This document shows, piece by piece, positions 46,571-56,565 of a DNA stretch of 64,000 bases. The notes beneath the pieces were generated by a model. It made no database searches. It was given only the letters and a program-made list of their open reading frames with translations, and was not told the DNA's origin. Numbering within the stretch: position 1 is the first letter of the stretch; each line of letters opens with the position of its first letter. Where the stretch lies: NCBI GenBank assembly GCA_965203175.1, contig OZ241867.1, positions 5,152,001 to 5,216,000 on the forward strand, written 5' to 3'. The stretch is from Candidatus Latescibacterota bacterium (GTDB taxonomy: Bacteria > Latescibacterota > UBA2968 > UBA8231). The translations under genes were made by a program, and so were the position numbers.

Positions 46571-48535
46571 TCAGCGTACCAACGTCATCTTCCCGGTCCG
46601 CACCCCGCCTACAGCGTCCAAGCGATACAAGTACACACCGCTGGCTACCGCCCGCCCCGCGTCGTCGCGCCCATCCCATCGCGCCGCGTGCCACCCTGAG
46701 TCCACCACGCCCTGCACGAGTGTCCGCACCTGCTGACCGTTCAGCGCATAGACCGCCAGATGCACCGGCCCAGCGTCCGGCAGTGCGTAGCGGATCGCAG
46801 TCGTCGCGTTGAATGGGTTGGGATAATTCGCGGCCAACGCTAGCGCGGTTGGCTGCGACGCCGCCTCGTCGAGCACGGCCGTCAGCGCCGGTCCCACAAT
46901 CCGTAGCTCATCGAACCAGAATTGAATCCCGTCTAAGGCGTGGTGCTCAGCCACGATGTCGAAGCGATCGACGGCCTGCCAGTCGAACGCGCCGATTGGA
47001 GTGAACCACTCATTCTCCCAAGCCCCGTGCTCGGCAAAGTCGCCAAGCGGCACCCGCACCTTATGCCACTCGCCGTCCCATGGCACCACTTGCTCATCTA
47101 TCGTATAGCGCATGCGCCAAGGGCGATCATCCGGGTCTTCCGTATCCGTATCGACCAAGCGAATGTCAAACGACGATCCCGGCGTATCTCCCCGCACCCA
47201 GAATTCGACCGCATAGCCCGTCGCCGCCAACGCAGATAGATCCTTGAAGGGCTTGAAGTCGAAGCCAATAAACCCGTAGAGCGGCACCCCGGTCCAGCGC
47301 ATGCAGTAGCGGCCCAGGGCTGGGTCCGCCTCGTCATAGTAATCGACCGTGCCTTCACTGAGGTGGTTGAACTCGACCATGTGCGGGCCAAGAGAGTCCT
47401 CGTAGAGCATAAATCCCTGTTGGTCTGGCTCAGCCATAAAATCCCGCTGCGGCGGAACATTTAGCCCCAACGCTTCCAACAGCGGCACGTTCAGATCAAA
47501 CTCGAACAACTCGTCCGACCCACGCTCGAACAGGCCAAAACCACCGCGATAGTCCCAAATCGTCCACGCAATGCCCCGCTCCTCCATGTGCTGCCGTACC
47601 ACCTCGTACCACAAGACGCGGTCGCTGTTGTCGCTGTTGGGACTGTACACCCCAAACTCGCCGCAAAACAGCGGCACGCCGCGATCCTTCTGAAAAGCTG
47701 AGGCCTCGTCAATCAGTATGCGCACCTGAGTGATGGTGCCCTCTTGGCTGTAATTGCCCAGCGCAGTACCGACCCAGGAGCCCTGCAAGGACGAGGGCAA
47801 CGCCGGCATGCGCGCCCGCTCGTAGGGAAAGGGCACGCCGCGCAGCGGCACCAGGGAGGGATTAGTCCAGCTAGCGCCTTGGTGGGTAAAGACGAACGGC
47901 TCGTAGAAGTGAAACGTGTACACGAGGTTGTCGTCGGCAAAGACCGGCATCCGGTTCAGGTTGCGGAAGCTATTCCAGTTGGCCGGGCCAACGACGATCG
48001 CGTGCCGCTGATCCACCTGCCGGATCGCGTCGATCACCTGCTGCTGAATCGCGTTCCAAGCCGCGTCGCTAATGCCGTGCGGCTCGTTGAGAATCTCGTA
48101 GTAGAGCTGGACCGGATGCGCGGCAAAGTGCGCGGCAAGCTGGGTCCACACCGGCACCAGCACATCGCCGATGTCCGGCGACGTGCTAACCGCTGGATCA
48201 AACGTGTGGTTGTCCAAAATCAGATGCATCCCCAACTCGTCCGCCCAATCTGCAATCTGATCGAGAAAGGAGTAGAGTAAGGGATCGATGCGGTAATCCG
48301 GCGGGCCGCTCGTCATGGCGTGCAGGTTGATCGGCAGGCGTACCACGTCACAGCCGAGCTGTTGAATCTGCACAAAATCGGTCCGGCCAAACTTGGCAAA
48401 GTGCACGTTCTGCGCACTGGACGCTTGCAGCCAATTGCTCAGGTTGACGCCCCGGCTAAACGGAGCCTCGGCACTCCATGCGGCGACGGCCCCTACGAAC
48501 AGGAGCCAGAGACTGATTGCTTTTGATTTTAACAT
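46571..48535 (-). CDS. GH5 endoglucanase-like enzyme + carbohydrate-binding domain + FlgD-Ig/secretion tail
   Basis: Signal peptide; RGVNL, RLP, LDNH, ILNEP (acid/base), FHFY, GEFG (nucleophile); NYPNPFN..WDGRD..G..VASGVY. Confidence 0.92.
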   Translation of the reverse strand: MLKSKAISLWLLFVGAVAAWSAEAPFSRGVNLSNWLQASSAQNVHFAKFGRTDFVQIQQLGCDVVRLPINLHAMTSGPPDYRIDPLLYSFLDQIADWADELGMHLILDNHTFDPAVSTSPDIGDVLVPVWTQLAAHFAAHPVQLYYEILNEPHGISDAAWNAIQQQVIDAIRQVDQRHAIVVGPANWNSFRNLNRMPVFADDNLVYTFHFYEPFVFTHQGASWTNPSLVPLRGVPFPYERARMPALPSSLQGSWVGTALGNYSQEGTITQVRILIDEASAFQKDRGVPLFCGEFGVYSPNSDNSDRVLWYEVVRQHMEERGIAWTIWDYRGGFGLFERGSDELFEFDLNVPLLEALGLNVPPQRDFMAEPDQQGFMLYEDSLGPHMVEFNHLSEGTVDYYDEADPALGRYCMRWTGVPLYGFIGFDFKPFKDLSALAATGYAVEFWVRGDTPGSSFDIRLVDTDTEDPDDRPWRMRYTIDEQVVPWDGEWHKVRVPLGDFAEHGAWENEWFTPIGAFDWQAVDRFDIVAEHHALDGIQFWFDELRIVGPALTAVLDEAASQPTALALAANYPNPFNATTAIRYALPDAGPVHLAVYALNGQQVRTLVQGVVDSGWHAARWDGRDDAGRAVASGVYLYRLDAVGGVRTGKMTLVR

Positions 48536-48671
48536 GGTAGGAAGTTAGGCGCACCGCCGCTACCAAGCAAAGCGCACGGCATGGGAGAAAATTGTAGGCT
48601 TTCATTCCCCGCCTGAATTGCCTATATCTCTGGCCACAAAATCGCGTCCCAAGCCCCACAGGAGCCACGCC

Positions 48672-49928
48672 GTGAAAATCACCACCATCGAAGTCATCCC
48701 CTTGCGCGTTCCCTACGAGGATCGCATCCGCAAAGCGTTCTACCACTTCGGCATGAACGAAGAGGTAACCGTGTACAAATTCCACACCGATACCGGCCTA
48801 GTCGGCTTGGGCGAAAACCCCGGCTCACCCTTTGAGCAGGACTTGCTCGACGCCTACCTCGGCACCAACCCGTTCGACCACGTCATGGGCACCGGGCGCT
48901 TCAATCTCGACATGGCCTGTTACGACCTAATGGGCAAACACCTCGAACTACCGGCCTGGAAGCTGATGGGCCAACAGGTGCGGGAGTGGGTGAGCATGGG
49001 TTGGTGGATGCCCTGCATGTCGCCCGAGGACTCGGCCGCCGAGGTGCAAGAAGCCGCGGCCCGCGGCTATCGCGGGCTAAAATGCAAAGCCCGCGCCTTC
49101 TACGACGTAGTCGAGCAAGCCCAAGCCATGCAGGAGGCTGCTCCGCCCGACTTCCGCATTGAATTCGACTTCAACGGCGCGCTCGTCAATGTGGAAAAAG
49201 CCCTACCTATTCTGCGCCAGTTGGAGCAAATTCCCATAGTCAAAGGAATCGAAGAGCCAATCTTCGCCTATGACATCGAGGGCTGGCGACGCCTGCACCA
49301 AGAAATCCGCATCCCCTTCTACCTCCACGGCGTCAGCACCATCTTCGACGGCCCCTCGCGCCAGCCTTCCGGCCCTTGGCTTGGGCTGCGCGCTGGCGAT
49401 TTCGACGGCGCTCTTTGCAGCCACGAGACCATCCGCAACGCGCTGGCCGCTTCTTGGGCCTTTGCCGCGGCCAACACCCCGATTCTCCTGCAATACGTCG
49501 GCACCGGCATCACCGCAGCCTTCGCCTGCCACCTCGGCGCAGTCATGCACACGGCCACCCTGCCGGGCGTAACCGCCCATCACACGTACGAAGACGACCT
49601 AATCGTCGAGCCGCATCAAGTCCAACGCGGCTTTATGCAGGTGCCCACCGGCCCCGGTTTGGGAATAGAACTAGACGAGGACGCAACCGAGCGCTACCGC
49701 GACGTATCTTCGCCGCAATGGCCGCGCCACTTCTCCGTCGTAACCCTGCCCGGCGGCCTCAAACACTACTACCGCAACCTGCGCCAAGCCGAACGCCTCA
49801 TGAAACAAGGCGTTGACGAGGCTTTCGCTCCCGGCATCCGCTTCACCGAGCGCGAAGACGACGGCAGCGCGGACTTCGATAAACTCTGGCACAGACTCCA
49901 AGAGCGCGACTGGCCCATCTGGATATAG
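48672..49928 (+). CDS. Mandelate racemase/muconate lactonizing (enolase superfamily) enzyme
   Basis: DMACYDLMGK, KCK, DFN, IEEP, PGLG; GTG start with GGAG RBS. Confidence 0.85.
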   Translation: MKITTIEVIPLRVPYEDRIRKAFYHFGMNEEVTVYKFHTDTGLVGLGENPGSPFEQDLLDAYLGTNPFDHVMGTGRFNLDMACYDLMGKHLELPAWKLMGQQVREWVSMGWWMPCMSPEDSAAEVQEAAARGYRGLKCKARAFYDVVEQAQAMQEAAPPDFRIEFDFNGALVNVEKALPILRQLEQIPIVKGIEEPIFAYDIEGWRRLHQEIRIPFYLHGVSTIFDGPSRQPSGPWLGLRAGDFDGALCSHETIRNALAASWAFAAANTPILLQYVGTGITAAFACHLGAVMHTATLPGVTAHHTYEDDLIVEPHQVQRGFMQVPTGPGLGIELDEDATERYRDVSSPQWPRHFSVVTLPGGLKHYYRNLRQAERLMKQGVDEAFAPGIRFTEREDDGSADFDKLWHRLQERDWPIWI

Positions 49929-49939
49929 AGGAGGCTCCC

Positions 49940-51031
49940 GTGAAAATCACCCGCATCATTCTCCACATCGTCAACGTACCCGAGCGCCACTGGTGGTGGT
50001 CGGACGACGTGTACGGCCAGCCCTTACACCAGCGCACCGAGCACGGCGTCGCCGAAGTCGAGACCGATCAGGGCTTGACCGGCCTGACGCTGATCGGGCG
50101 CTTTACCGCCTTGGACATCATGCGCCAGCAATTCGAGGCTTGGCTGGGGCAGGACGTCCTCCAAGTCAACTTGGCGCAGGGCAACGGCCCCATGCAAGGC
50201 GCTTTCGAGCAGGCCGTACTCGACCTGCGCGGCCAAGCCTTGGGCATGCCTATCTGGCAACTATTAGGTGGACGGTTGCGCGACCGCATCCCGGTCACCC
50301 AATGCACTGGATACAAAACGCCCGAACACACGGCCGAGGACGCCCAATGGGGATGGGAGCAGGGCTTCCGCGCGTACAAGATGAAATGCATCACCAGCCG
50401 CGAGCAAACCCCCGAAGAGCGCATCCGCTACGTCACCGACCGGGTCGAGGCCATCCACCGCGTGGTTCCCGACATGGTGGTGCGCCCAGATATCCGCTGG
50501 CGCTTAGAAGAAGTCTGGGTGGCCCAAGAGCTGGCCCGCCGCCTACAAGGTCATCGCATGGACTCGCTCGAAAGCCCCATTGCCAAAGGCGCTCGCGCCG
50601 GCACGTTTTCCGAATGGCGTCGCCTGCGCCACACCATCCACCTGCCCATTGGCGACCATGTCGGCGACGCGGCCGATATGCTGCACCGCTTTCAGACCGA
50701 GGCCCTCGACTACGTCATCGTCGGCGGAGCCAGCCACTTTGAAACCTTGCACCGTTCGCACCTCGCGCACGCGCTGGGGCTGGGCGGCTGGTCGCAGACC
50801 GTAGCCTATGGACCGGGTGCCGCTATGGGCCTGCACGTGGCCTCCTGCATGCCCCATTTGACCCAGCCCTACGACATGGTCGGCCCCATCGCCTGGCAGC
50901 ACTCCTTGGTCAACGAAGAATTCGTCCTCGAAGAGGGCAGCTTCCTAGTCTCCGACCGGCCGGGTTTGGGCTACACCCTCGACCGCGACGGCGTCGAGCG
51001 CTACTTAGTAGAACGCCACGTTTTCCCTTAG
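49940..51031 (+). CDS. Enolase superfamily enzyme
   Basis: VETDQGLTG, DLRGQ..GMP.WQLLGG, KMK, LESP, PGLG. Confidence 0.85.
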   Translation: MKITRIILHIVNVPERHWWWSDDVYGQPLHQRTEHGVAEVETDQGLTGLTLIGRFTALDIMRQQFEAWLGQDVLQVNLAQGNGPMQGAFEQAVLDLRGQALGMPIWQLLGGRLRDRIPVTQCTGYKTPEHTAEDAQWGWEQGFRAYKMKCITSREQTPEERIRYVTDRVEAIHRVVPDMVVRPDIRWRLEEVWVAQELARRLQGHRMDSLESPIAKGARAGTFSEWRRLRHTIHLPIGDHVGDAADMLHRFQTEALDYVIVGGASHFETLHRSHLAHALGLGGWSQTVAYGPGAAMGLHVASCMPHLTQPYDMVGPIAWQHSLVNEEFVLEEGSFLVSDRPGLGYTLDRDGVERYLVERHVFP

Positions 51032-51046
51032 GACTTTTATAACGCC

Positions 51047-52735
51047 ATGTCCGAAACTCCCGAATACCGCACCCACTCCAACGCCCCCTTCGCGCTAGAC
51101 CGTCCCCTTGACAAGGTGCTGACAGTCGCCGCTTGGGTCGAAAGCCCCTCCACCCGCGCCGAAGCCATGCAGCCGCTCGTCTCGCAATGGCAACCCCGCG
51201 CCGCACTCGACGCCTTCTCCGCCTATGACGCTGGCCACACCGACGGCTTGGTGACCCAAGGCTACTTCGGCTCGGTATTCGACGGGCGCTACACATACTT
51301 CTGCCCCATCCGCGACCAGAATGAGCGCACTTCCGTCCACGGCCGCGTCCTCCGCCTCGACACCCAAGCCGACTTCAAAAACCCAGCCGCTTGGACCGCC
51401 TACGACGCCAGCTACACCGACGGCCTGCACACCTCGGGCTTCTACGGCGGGGCCTTTGACGGACGCTACGTGTACTTCAATCCCCGCGACGACGGCACCG
51501 TCCACCACTCGCGGCTCTTGCGCTACGACACTCAAGCCGACTTCAAAAACCCGGACGCTTGGGCCGCCCACGACGCCCAGTTACCTCACTCGGGACAGGG
51601 CCTCGCCTTTGACGGACAGTACCTCTACTTCTGCCCAGGCTATACCCGGTCGTCAACGGGCGGTTTGGACGACGAGCACAGCGGCCACGTCCTCCGCTAT
51701 GACACGCGCGCGCCCCTGAAAGATCCCGCGAGCTACGCCGTCTTCAACGCCCAACAACTCCACCCGGAGGCAGCCTGTTTCGACGGTGCCGCGTTCGACG
51801 GACGCCATATCTACTTCGCGCCGCTCAGCAACGGCCACGTCCTCCGCTACGCAGTCGCCGGGGATTTCGCTGACCCGCAAAGCTGGGATCTATACGACGC
51901 CCGTCCCTTGGGGATGCAGATGAACGTCGGTGCTGTGTTCGACGGGCGGCACATCTATTTTTGCTCTTACGGCAACAGCACAATGCTGCGCTACGACACA
52001 GCCGCGCCGTTTGACGACCCGCAAAGCTGGGACACCTACGTTCCCGTGGAAAACAGCGGCTTCGACGGCGGCTTCTTCGACGGGCGCTACGTGTACTACG
52101 TGCCCTTCACCCGCGCTGCCGCACCCGGCGAGAGCGTCTTCCACGGCTCTTGGCTGCGCTACGACACGGCCGCGCCGTTCGACGACCCAGTCGCTTGGGA
52201 CACGCACGACGCCAGCTATACCGACGGCCTGCACACCACTGCGTACAACGCTGGCGCATTCGACGGACGCTATTTCTACACCGCTCCCTGGCGCGGCGAC
52301 CGCGACGGCAGCCACGCCCACGGCCGCGTACAACGCTACGACACTCTCGGCGCAGACGGCGCGTTCTCCCTGCGCTACGGCGACGTGGGCCACAACGGCG
52401 GACTTTGCGCGGCCGTGCCCGGCCCCAGTTTCATCGTCAACACCACCGGCGGCGCGGTCAGCATTGCCACTCATCAAACCCTAGCACCCGGCATCCATCA
52501 CCTCGCTGGGGTGTACGACGGCGCTCACATCCAACTCTACATCGACGGCGCGCTCGCGGCCTCGCGCTCCGCTTGCAATCGTCCCTTGCAACAGACAGAC
52601 ATCCCCGTGACCATCGGCCATATCGCCGGGGGCAGCGCCCGCTTCCAAGGCACCATCGCCGAGGTGTATTTATCCCCTGTCGCCCAAAGCGCCGCTTGGG
52701 TCGCAGCAACCTACCGCGCGGGCGCGCCAACCTAA
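51047..52735 (+). CDS. LamG-like domain protein with an inserted 7-repeat FDGRY beta-propeller
   Basis: LTVAAWV near the N-terminus; HHLAGVYDG..LYIDG near the C-terminus; seven FDG(R/Q)(Y/H)xY repeats between them. Confidence 0.75.
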   Translation: MSETPEYRTHSNAPFALDRPLDKVLTVAAWVESPSTRAEAMQPLVSQWQPRAALDAFSAYDAGHTDGLVTQGYFGSVFDGRYTYFCPIRDQNERTSVHGRVLRLDTQADFKNPAAWTAYDASYTDGLHTSGFYGGAFDGRYVYFNPRDDGTVHHSRLLRYDTQADFKNPDAWAAHDAQLPHSGQGLAFDGQYLYFCPGYTRSSTGGLDDEHSGHVLRYDTRAPLKDPASYAVFNAQQLHPEAACFDGAAFDGRHIYFAPLSNGHVLRYAVAGDFADPQSWDLYDARPLGMQMNVGAVFDGRHIYFCSYGNSTMLRYDTAAPFDDPQSWDTYVPVENSGFDGGFFDGRYVYYVPFTRAAAPGESVFHGSWLRYDTAAPFDDPVAWDTHDASYTDGLHTTAYNAGAFDGRYFYTAPWRGDRDGSHAHGRVQRYDTLGADGAFSLRYGDVGHNGGLCAAVPGPSFIVNTTGGAVSIATHQTLAPGIHHLAGVYDGAHIQLYIDGALAASRSACNRPLQQTDIPVTIGHIAGGSARFQGTIAEVYLSPVAQSAAWVAATYRAGAPT

Positions 52736-52747
52736 AGGAGCTTCTCC

Positions 52748-53830
52748 ATGGACGAAAAATACACAGTCGCCATCATCGGCTGCGGTCGCCTCGGCCAGCA
52801 CTATGCCGAAGTCTATCAAACCCTGCCTAACACCGAGCTAGTCGCCATCGCCGAATACAACCCCGAGCGCCGCCAAGCCGTCGGCAAGCGCTTTGGCATC
52901 CGCGCACTCTATGAGGACGCGCAAGATCTCTTCCAGCACGTCGTCCCCGACATTGCCGTAGTCGTGCTGCCCGGCAAGTTCATCAAGGAAGCCGTCATTG
53001 CCGCCGCTCAAGCTGGCGTCAAGGGCGTCTCCACTGACAAACCCATTGAGGCCCGCCTATCGGATGTCGATGCCATGGTCGAGGAATGCGAAGCGCGCGG
53101 CGTGGTCTTTGCCGGCGGCAACCTGCAACGGGCCATGAGCGAGGTGCAAGAAGCAGCTAACTGGCTGCGCGCCGGCGAGTACGGCCCTTTGCGCGGGGCC
53201 AGCGTCCACGGCTGGGGCGGCGAAATTTCCGGCGGAGGCTGCCAGCACATCGCCGTGCTGCGGCTCTTTACCCAAGCCGAGGTGACCCAAGTCACCGCCT
53301 GGGGCAAGCCGCCAGAAGCCCTCGCGCGCGACGACGACGAGGGATTAATCATCAACGGACAATTTTTGCTCAGTAACGGCCTCTCCTGCCCGGTCTTTGG
53401 CCAACCGACGCCCAGCCGCGGCGTGAATGTGTGGACCGACGACGCGCTCGTGCTTTGGGACTGGGGACCTCCCGAGATTTTCCAAGGCCGCGACGCGCAG
53501 GGTGCCCGCATAAAAATCGACCGCCCCTACACCCCACTCGAATACCCCCGTTTCTCCTACATGGGCACTTCAGTGCTGTCATTTTTGGATGTATTAGAAA
53601 ACGGCGGCGAGTTGTATATCTCCGGCCACGACCTGCGCCAATCGCTCGAAGTGGCCATCGCCGCCAAGTACTCGGCGCTGTGGGGCAACGTGCCGCTCGA
53701 CCTGCCGCTCGCCGACCGCTCGCTCGCGCTCTATCCAAGGGCCTACCGCTGGCTCGGCGGCGACCACTCCGGACGTTCGCAAACCTACGAGGAGGCGCTA
53801 GAAGGGACGCTTTTCCCTCGGTCTTCCTAG
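52748..53830 (+). CDS. Gfo/Idh/MocA family oxidoreductase
   Basis: IIGCGRLG, DKPI. Confidence 0.88.
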   Translation: MDEKYTVAIIGCGRLGQHYAEVYQTLPNTELVAIAEYNPERRQAVGKRFGIRALYEDAQDLFQHVVPDIAVVVLPGKFIKEAVIAAAQAGVKGVSTDKPIEARLSDVDAMVEECEARGVVFAGGNLQRAMSEVQEAANWLRAGEYGPLRGASVHGWGGEISGGGCQHIAVLRLFTQAEVTQVTAWGKPPEALARDDDEGLIINGQFLLSNGLSCPVFGQPTPSRGVNVWTDDALVLWDWGPPEIFQGRDAQGARIKIDRPYTPLEYPRFSYMGTSVLSFLDVLENGGELYISGHDLRQSLEVAIAAKYSALWGNVPLDLPLADRSLALYPRAYRWLGGDHSGRSQTYEEALEGTLFPRSS

Positions 53831-53892
53831 GCTAGCGTAAGGGCCGGCAGCGCCACCGCTCAGTATTACCTTAAGTAGGAGTAGAATCATCA

Positions 53893-55068
53893 GTGAATGA
53901 TTATGCCGATTTCAGCCCCAAAGAATACCAACAGCGGCTGAGCAAGCTCAGGGTGTTAATGGCGGATCGCGGTATCGACGCTGTGCTGGTCACCACCGAG
54001 GCCAATCACCGCTACTTTACGGGCCATGTGACCCACCGCTGGATGCACCAGTACACGGCCATGTTCGCCCTGCTACCGCTGGAGGGCGAACCGCTGCTTA
54101 TTGTGCCTCCGCAAGAAGCCTGTATGTGCGAGGAAGATTCTTGGATGAAAAGCATCCGAACCTTCCCATTAGAACATATTCTCCAGGGTGTCGATGCCAT
54201 TACCGACGCCGTGCGCGAACTCGGGCTGGAAAAAGGCCGCATTGGCACCGAACTCGGCGGGATAGTCTCGCTCAGGATGCCTTGCGAAGATTTCGACCAG
54301 TTGCGGCAAAACTTGCCCAATGTTGATTTTGTCGATGCGTCCGACCTATGTTGGAAGTTGCGCGCCCGGAAATCGAGCGCCGAAGTGGAGCGCATCCGCG
54401 AGGCAGTGGCCATCACTGATGCAGCGTATCAGGTCCTCTTCGAGGAAGTCAAACCGGGGATGAGCGAGCGGGAGCTTTGTCGCCTGCTCGCGGTCGAACA
54501 CCTCAGGCGCGGTGCCGAAATGCCGGGCTCCATCACCCTCGCTCCATATATACCCGACGACATCCGGGTCGCCAATAGCACCCTGCGGCGACCTATTGAT
54601 CGCGTGCTGACCGCGGGCGAAATGATCACCCAAGACGCCGGCGGCGTCTATCGGGGCTACTGGTCAGACTATACGCGGATGTTTGCGCTCGGGCGGGCTA
54701 GTGCTGCGCACCAAGACGCCTATCGCGTCGTCTACGATTGTTTGCAGGCGGCGATAGAGGCCACCCGGCCCGGTGTCCCTATCGCCGATCTGGTCCACGC
54801 CGCGAAGGCGACGATGAGTGCCTCGGGCCATGCCGACTATGCCGCAAAGGTTAAGGGCATCGGCCATGCGATGGGGCTGGAGATTATCGAACCGCCCTTT
54901 ATCGCCTTTGAAAACGAGGTGATTTTAGCAGAGGGGATGGTCTTCACCATCGAACCCGGACTCTTCACCGCTGACGCTTTCTGTATGCTCGAAGAAGACG
55001 TGCTCGTCACTGATCGCGGCTACGAGGTGCTATCCAAGCCCGCAAGCGCTGAGTTGCCGGTCCTTTGA
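53893..55068 (+). CDS. M24 family Xaa-Pro peptidase/creatinase-like
   Basis: YFTG, KS.AE, DAGG..GYWSDYTR, GHAMG, IEPG, EEDVLVT. Confidence 0.88.
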   Translation: MNDYADFSPKEYQQRLSKLRVLMADRGIDAVLVTTEANHRYFTGHVTHRWMHQYTAMFALLPLEGEPLLIVPPQEACMCEEDSWMKSIRTFPLEHILQGVDAITDAVRELGLEKGRIGTELGGIVSLRMPCEDFDQLRQNLPNVDFVDASDLCWKLRARKSSAEVERIREAVAITDAAYQVLFEEVKPGMSERELCRLLAVEHLRRGAEMPGSITLAPYIPDDIRVANSTLRRPIDRVLTAGEMITQDAGGVYRGYWSDYTRMFALGRASAAHQDAYRVVYDCLQAAIEATRPGVPIADLVHAAKATMSASGHADYAAKVKGIGHAMGLEIIEPPFIAFENEVILAEGMVFTIEPGLFTADAFCMLEEDVLVTDRGYEVLSKPASAELPVL

Positions 55069-55120
55069 GACCATGTACCTCGCCTCGTTAGGTATGGTCT
55101 CATGCGCGGCGGTTGGATAA

Positions 55121-56557
55121 TTAGGGCAACGCCACCTCGTCGCCGGTCTGTTCCTGCCAAGCGCGAATCCGCTCACGCAGTTCGCCGACCCGCGCTTGGT
55201 GCTCGCGACGGTGATATAGATTCTCCAACTCGTGCGGATCCGCATTCAAATCGTATAGCTCGCCCTGGCCCTTGCCGTACAGATTGAGTTTCCAGCCATC
55301 AGCCGCGACAATGGTGCGTAGGGGATGCACCAAGCTGCGATTCGGTTCAGCTTCGCCGATCGAGGTCGGCGGATGACCATCGGCACCGCTCCACTCGATA
55401 AACACATCGTTGGTCGCCAAGTCGTCGCGACCGCACAGCACCGGCACCCTGCTCTGCCCCTGCAAATGGTCCGGCGCTTCCAACCCCAGCAAGTCCAGCA
55501 GCGTGGGCACTATGTCAATGTGGCTGAACTGACCGCCGATTCTCCTTGGCTCCGCATCCAACATGGGGGCGCGCAACAGCAGCGGCACCTTAATCGACTC
55601 CTCGTACATCAGGGTCTTGCCCAAAATCCCGTGATCGCCCATGAGTTCGCCGTGATCCGACGTGAAAATCACAATGGTATCATCGGCCTTGCCGCTCTCG
55701 TCTAGAGCCTGGAGGATCTTGGCCACCGAGCGATCCACCAGCGTCACATTGCCCCAATAGCGGGCCATTAGCCCGCGCCAGCCAGCCTCGGTCTGCAGGT
55801 CCAACCCGTAGTTTTCCGAAGCCGAGTAAAAGGCCGCCATCAGCCGCACGATCAAGGGCGCGTCGTCCGGCGGAGACTGCCTAAAGCTCGGCCTAGTCGG
55901 CAGAGTCTCCGGGTCGTAGTACTCGTTGAGCGGCCCAGTGTGCGGCGGATGCGGCTCCAGATAGCTAACGCACAGCGCGAACGGCGCGTCGCCGCTCTGG
56001 CGGATGTACTCAGCAGCCTGATCGCCCAAAAACGCCGCCTTGGTGTATTCCTCTGGCATGGACGCCTCAGCGTGGCGCGAGAACACGCGCTGGCCGAGAT
56101 TCTCCGCATCGGGTGCAAACCCCCGCTCGACCAAGAAGTGGTGATACGGGCTGAGCACGTCCAAGCGCTCCGGCGCGGAATAGCCACGCCGATACGAGTC
56201 TTCGCTGCCAACCCACGTCGCAAACCCGTGCTGGGGAAAAATCTCATCCCCCAAGTGCCATTTACCCATAAAAGCCGTCTGGTATTCCGGCGGCAGCAGC
56301 TCGGCAAACGTCGGCACCTCGGCGCGCAGCGGCACATTGCACGCGGGCACGCCAGCGGTATGCGGCCACAGTCCAGTCAGCATGGTCGCCCGCGCCGGAC
56401 TGCACACCGGCTGGCTCACATAGGCGTTTTCAAAGACAAAGCCATCGGCGGCCAACCCGTCGAGAGCCGGAGTCTCGATCTGCTCGTTGCCATAGCAGCG
56501 CAGCGTATCCACGCGCTGCTGATCAGTGAAGATGTAAAGTACGTTGGGATGTCCCAT
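55121..56557 (-). CDS. Sulfatase (Cys-type)
   Basis: PNVL.IFTDQ, CSPARAT.LTG, GKWHLG, PHPP, SDHG. Confidence 0.93.
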   Translation of the reverse strand: MGHPNVLYIFTDQQRVDTLRCYGNEQIETPALDGLAADGFVFENAYVSQPVCSPARATMLTGLWPHTAGVPACNVPLRAEVPTFAELLPPEYQTAFMGKWHLGDEIFPQHGFATWVGSEDSYRRGYSAPERLDVLSPYHHFLVERGFAPDAENLGQRVFSRHAEASMPEEYTKAAFLGDQAAEYIRQSGDAPFALCVSYLEPHPPHTGPLNEYYDPETLPTRPSFRQSPPDDAPLIVRLMAAFYSASENYGLDLQTEAGWRGLMARYWGNVTLVDRSVAKILQALDESGKADDTIVIFTSDHGELMGDHGILGKTLMYEESIKVPLLLRAPMLDAEPRRIGGQFSHIDIVPTLLDLLGLEAPDHLQGQSRVPVLCGRDDLATNDVFIEWSGADGHPPTSIGEAEPNRSLVHPLRTIVAADGWKLNLYGKGQGELYDLNADPHELENLYHRREHQARVGELRERIRAWQEQTGDEVALP

Positions 56558-56565
56558 AAAACCCC

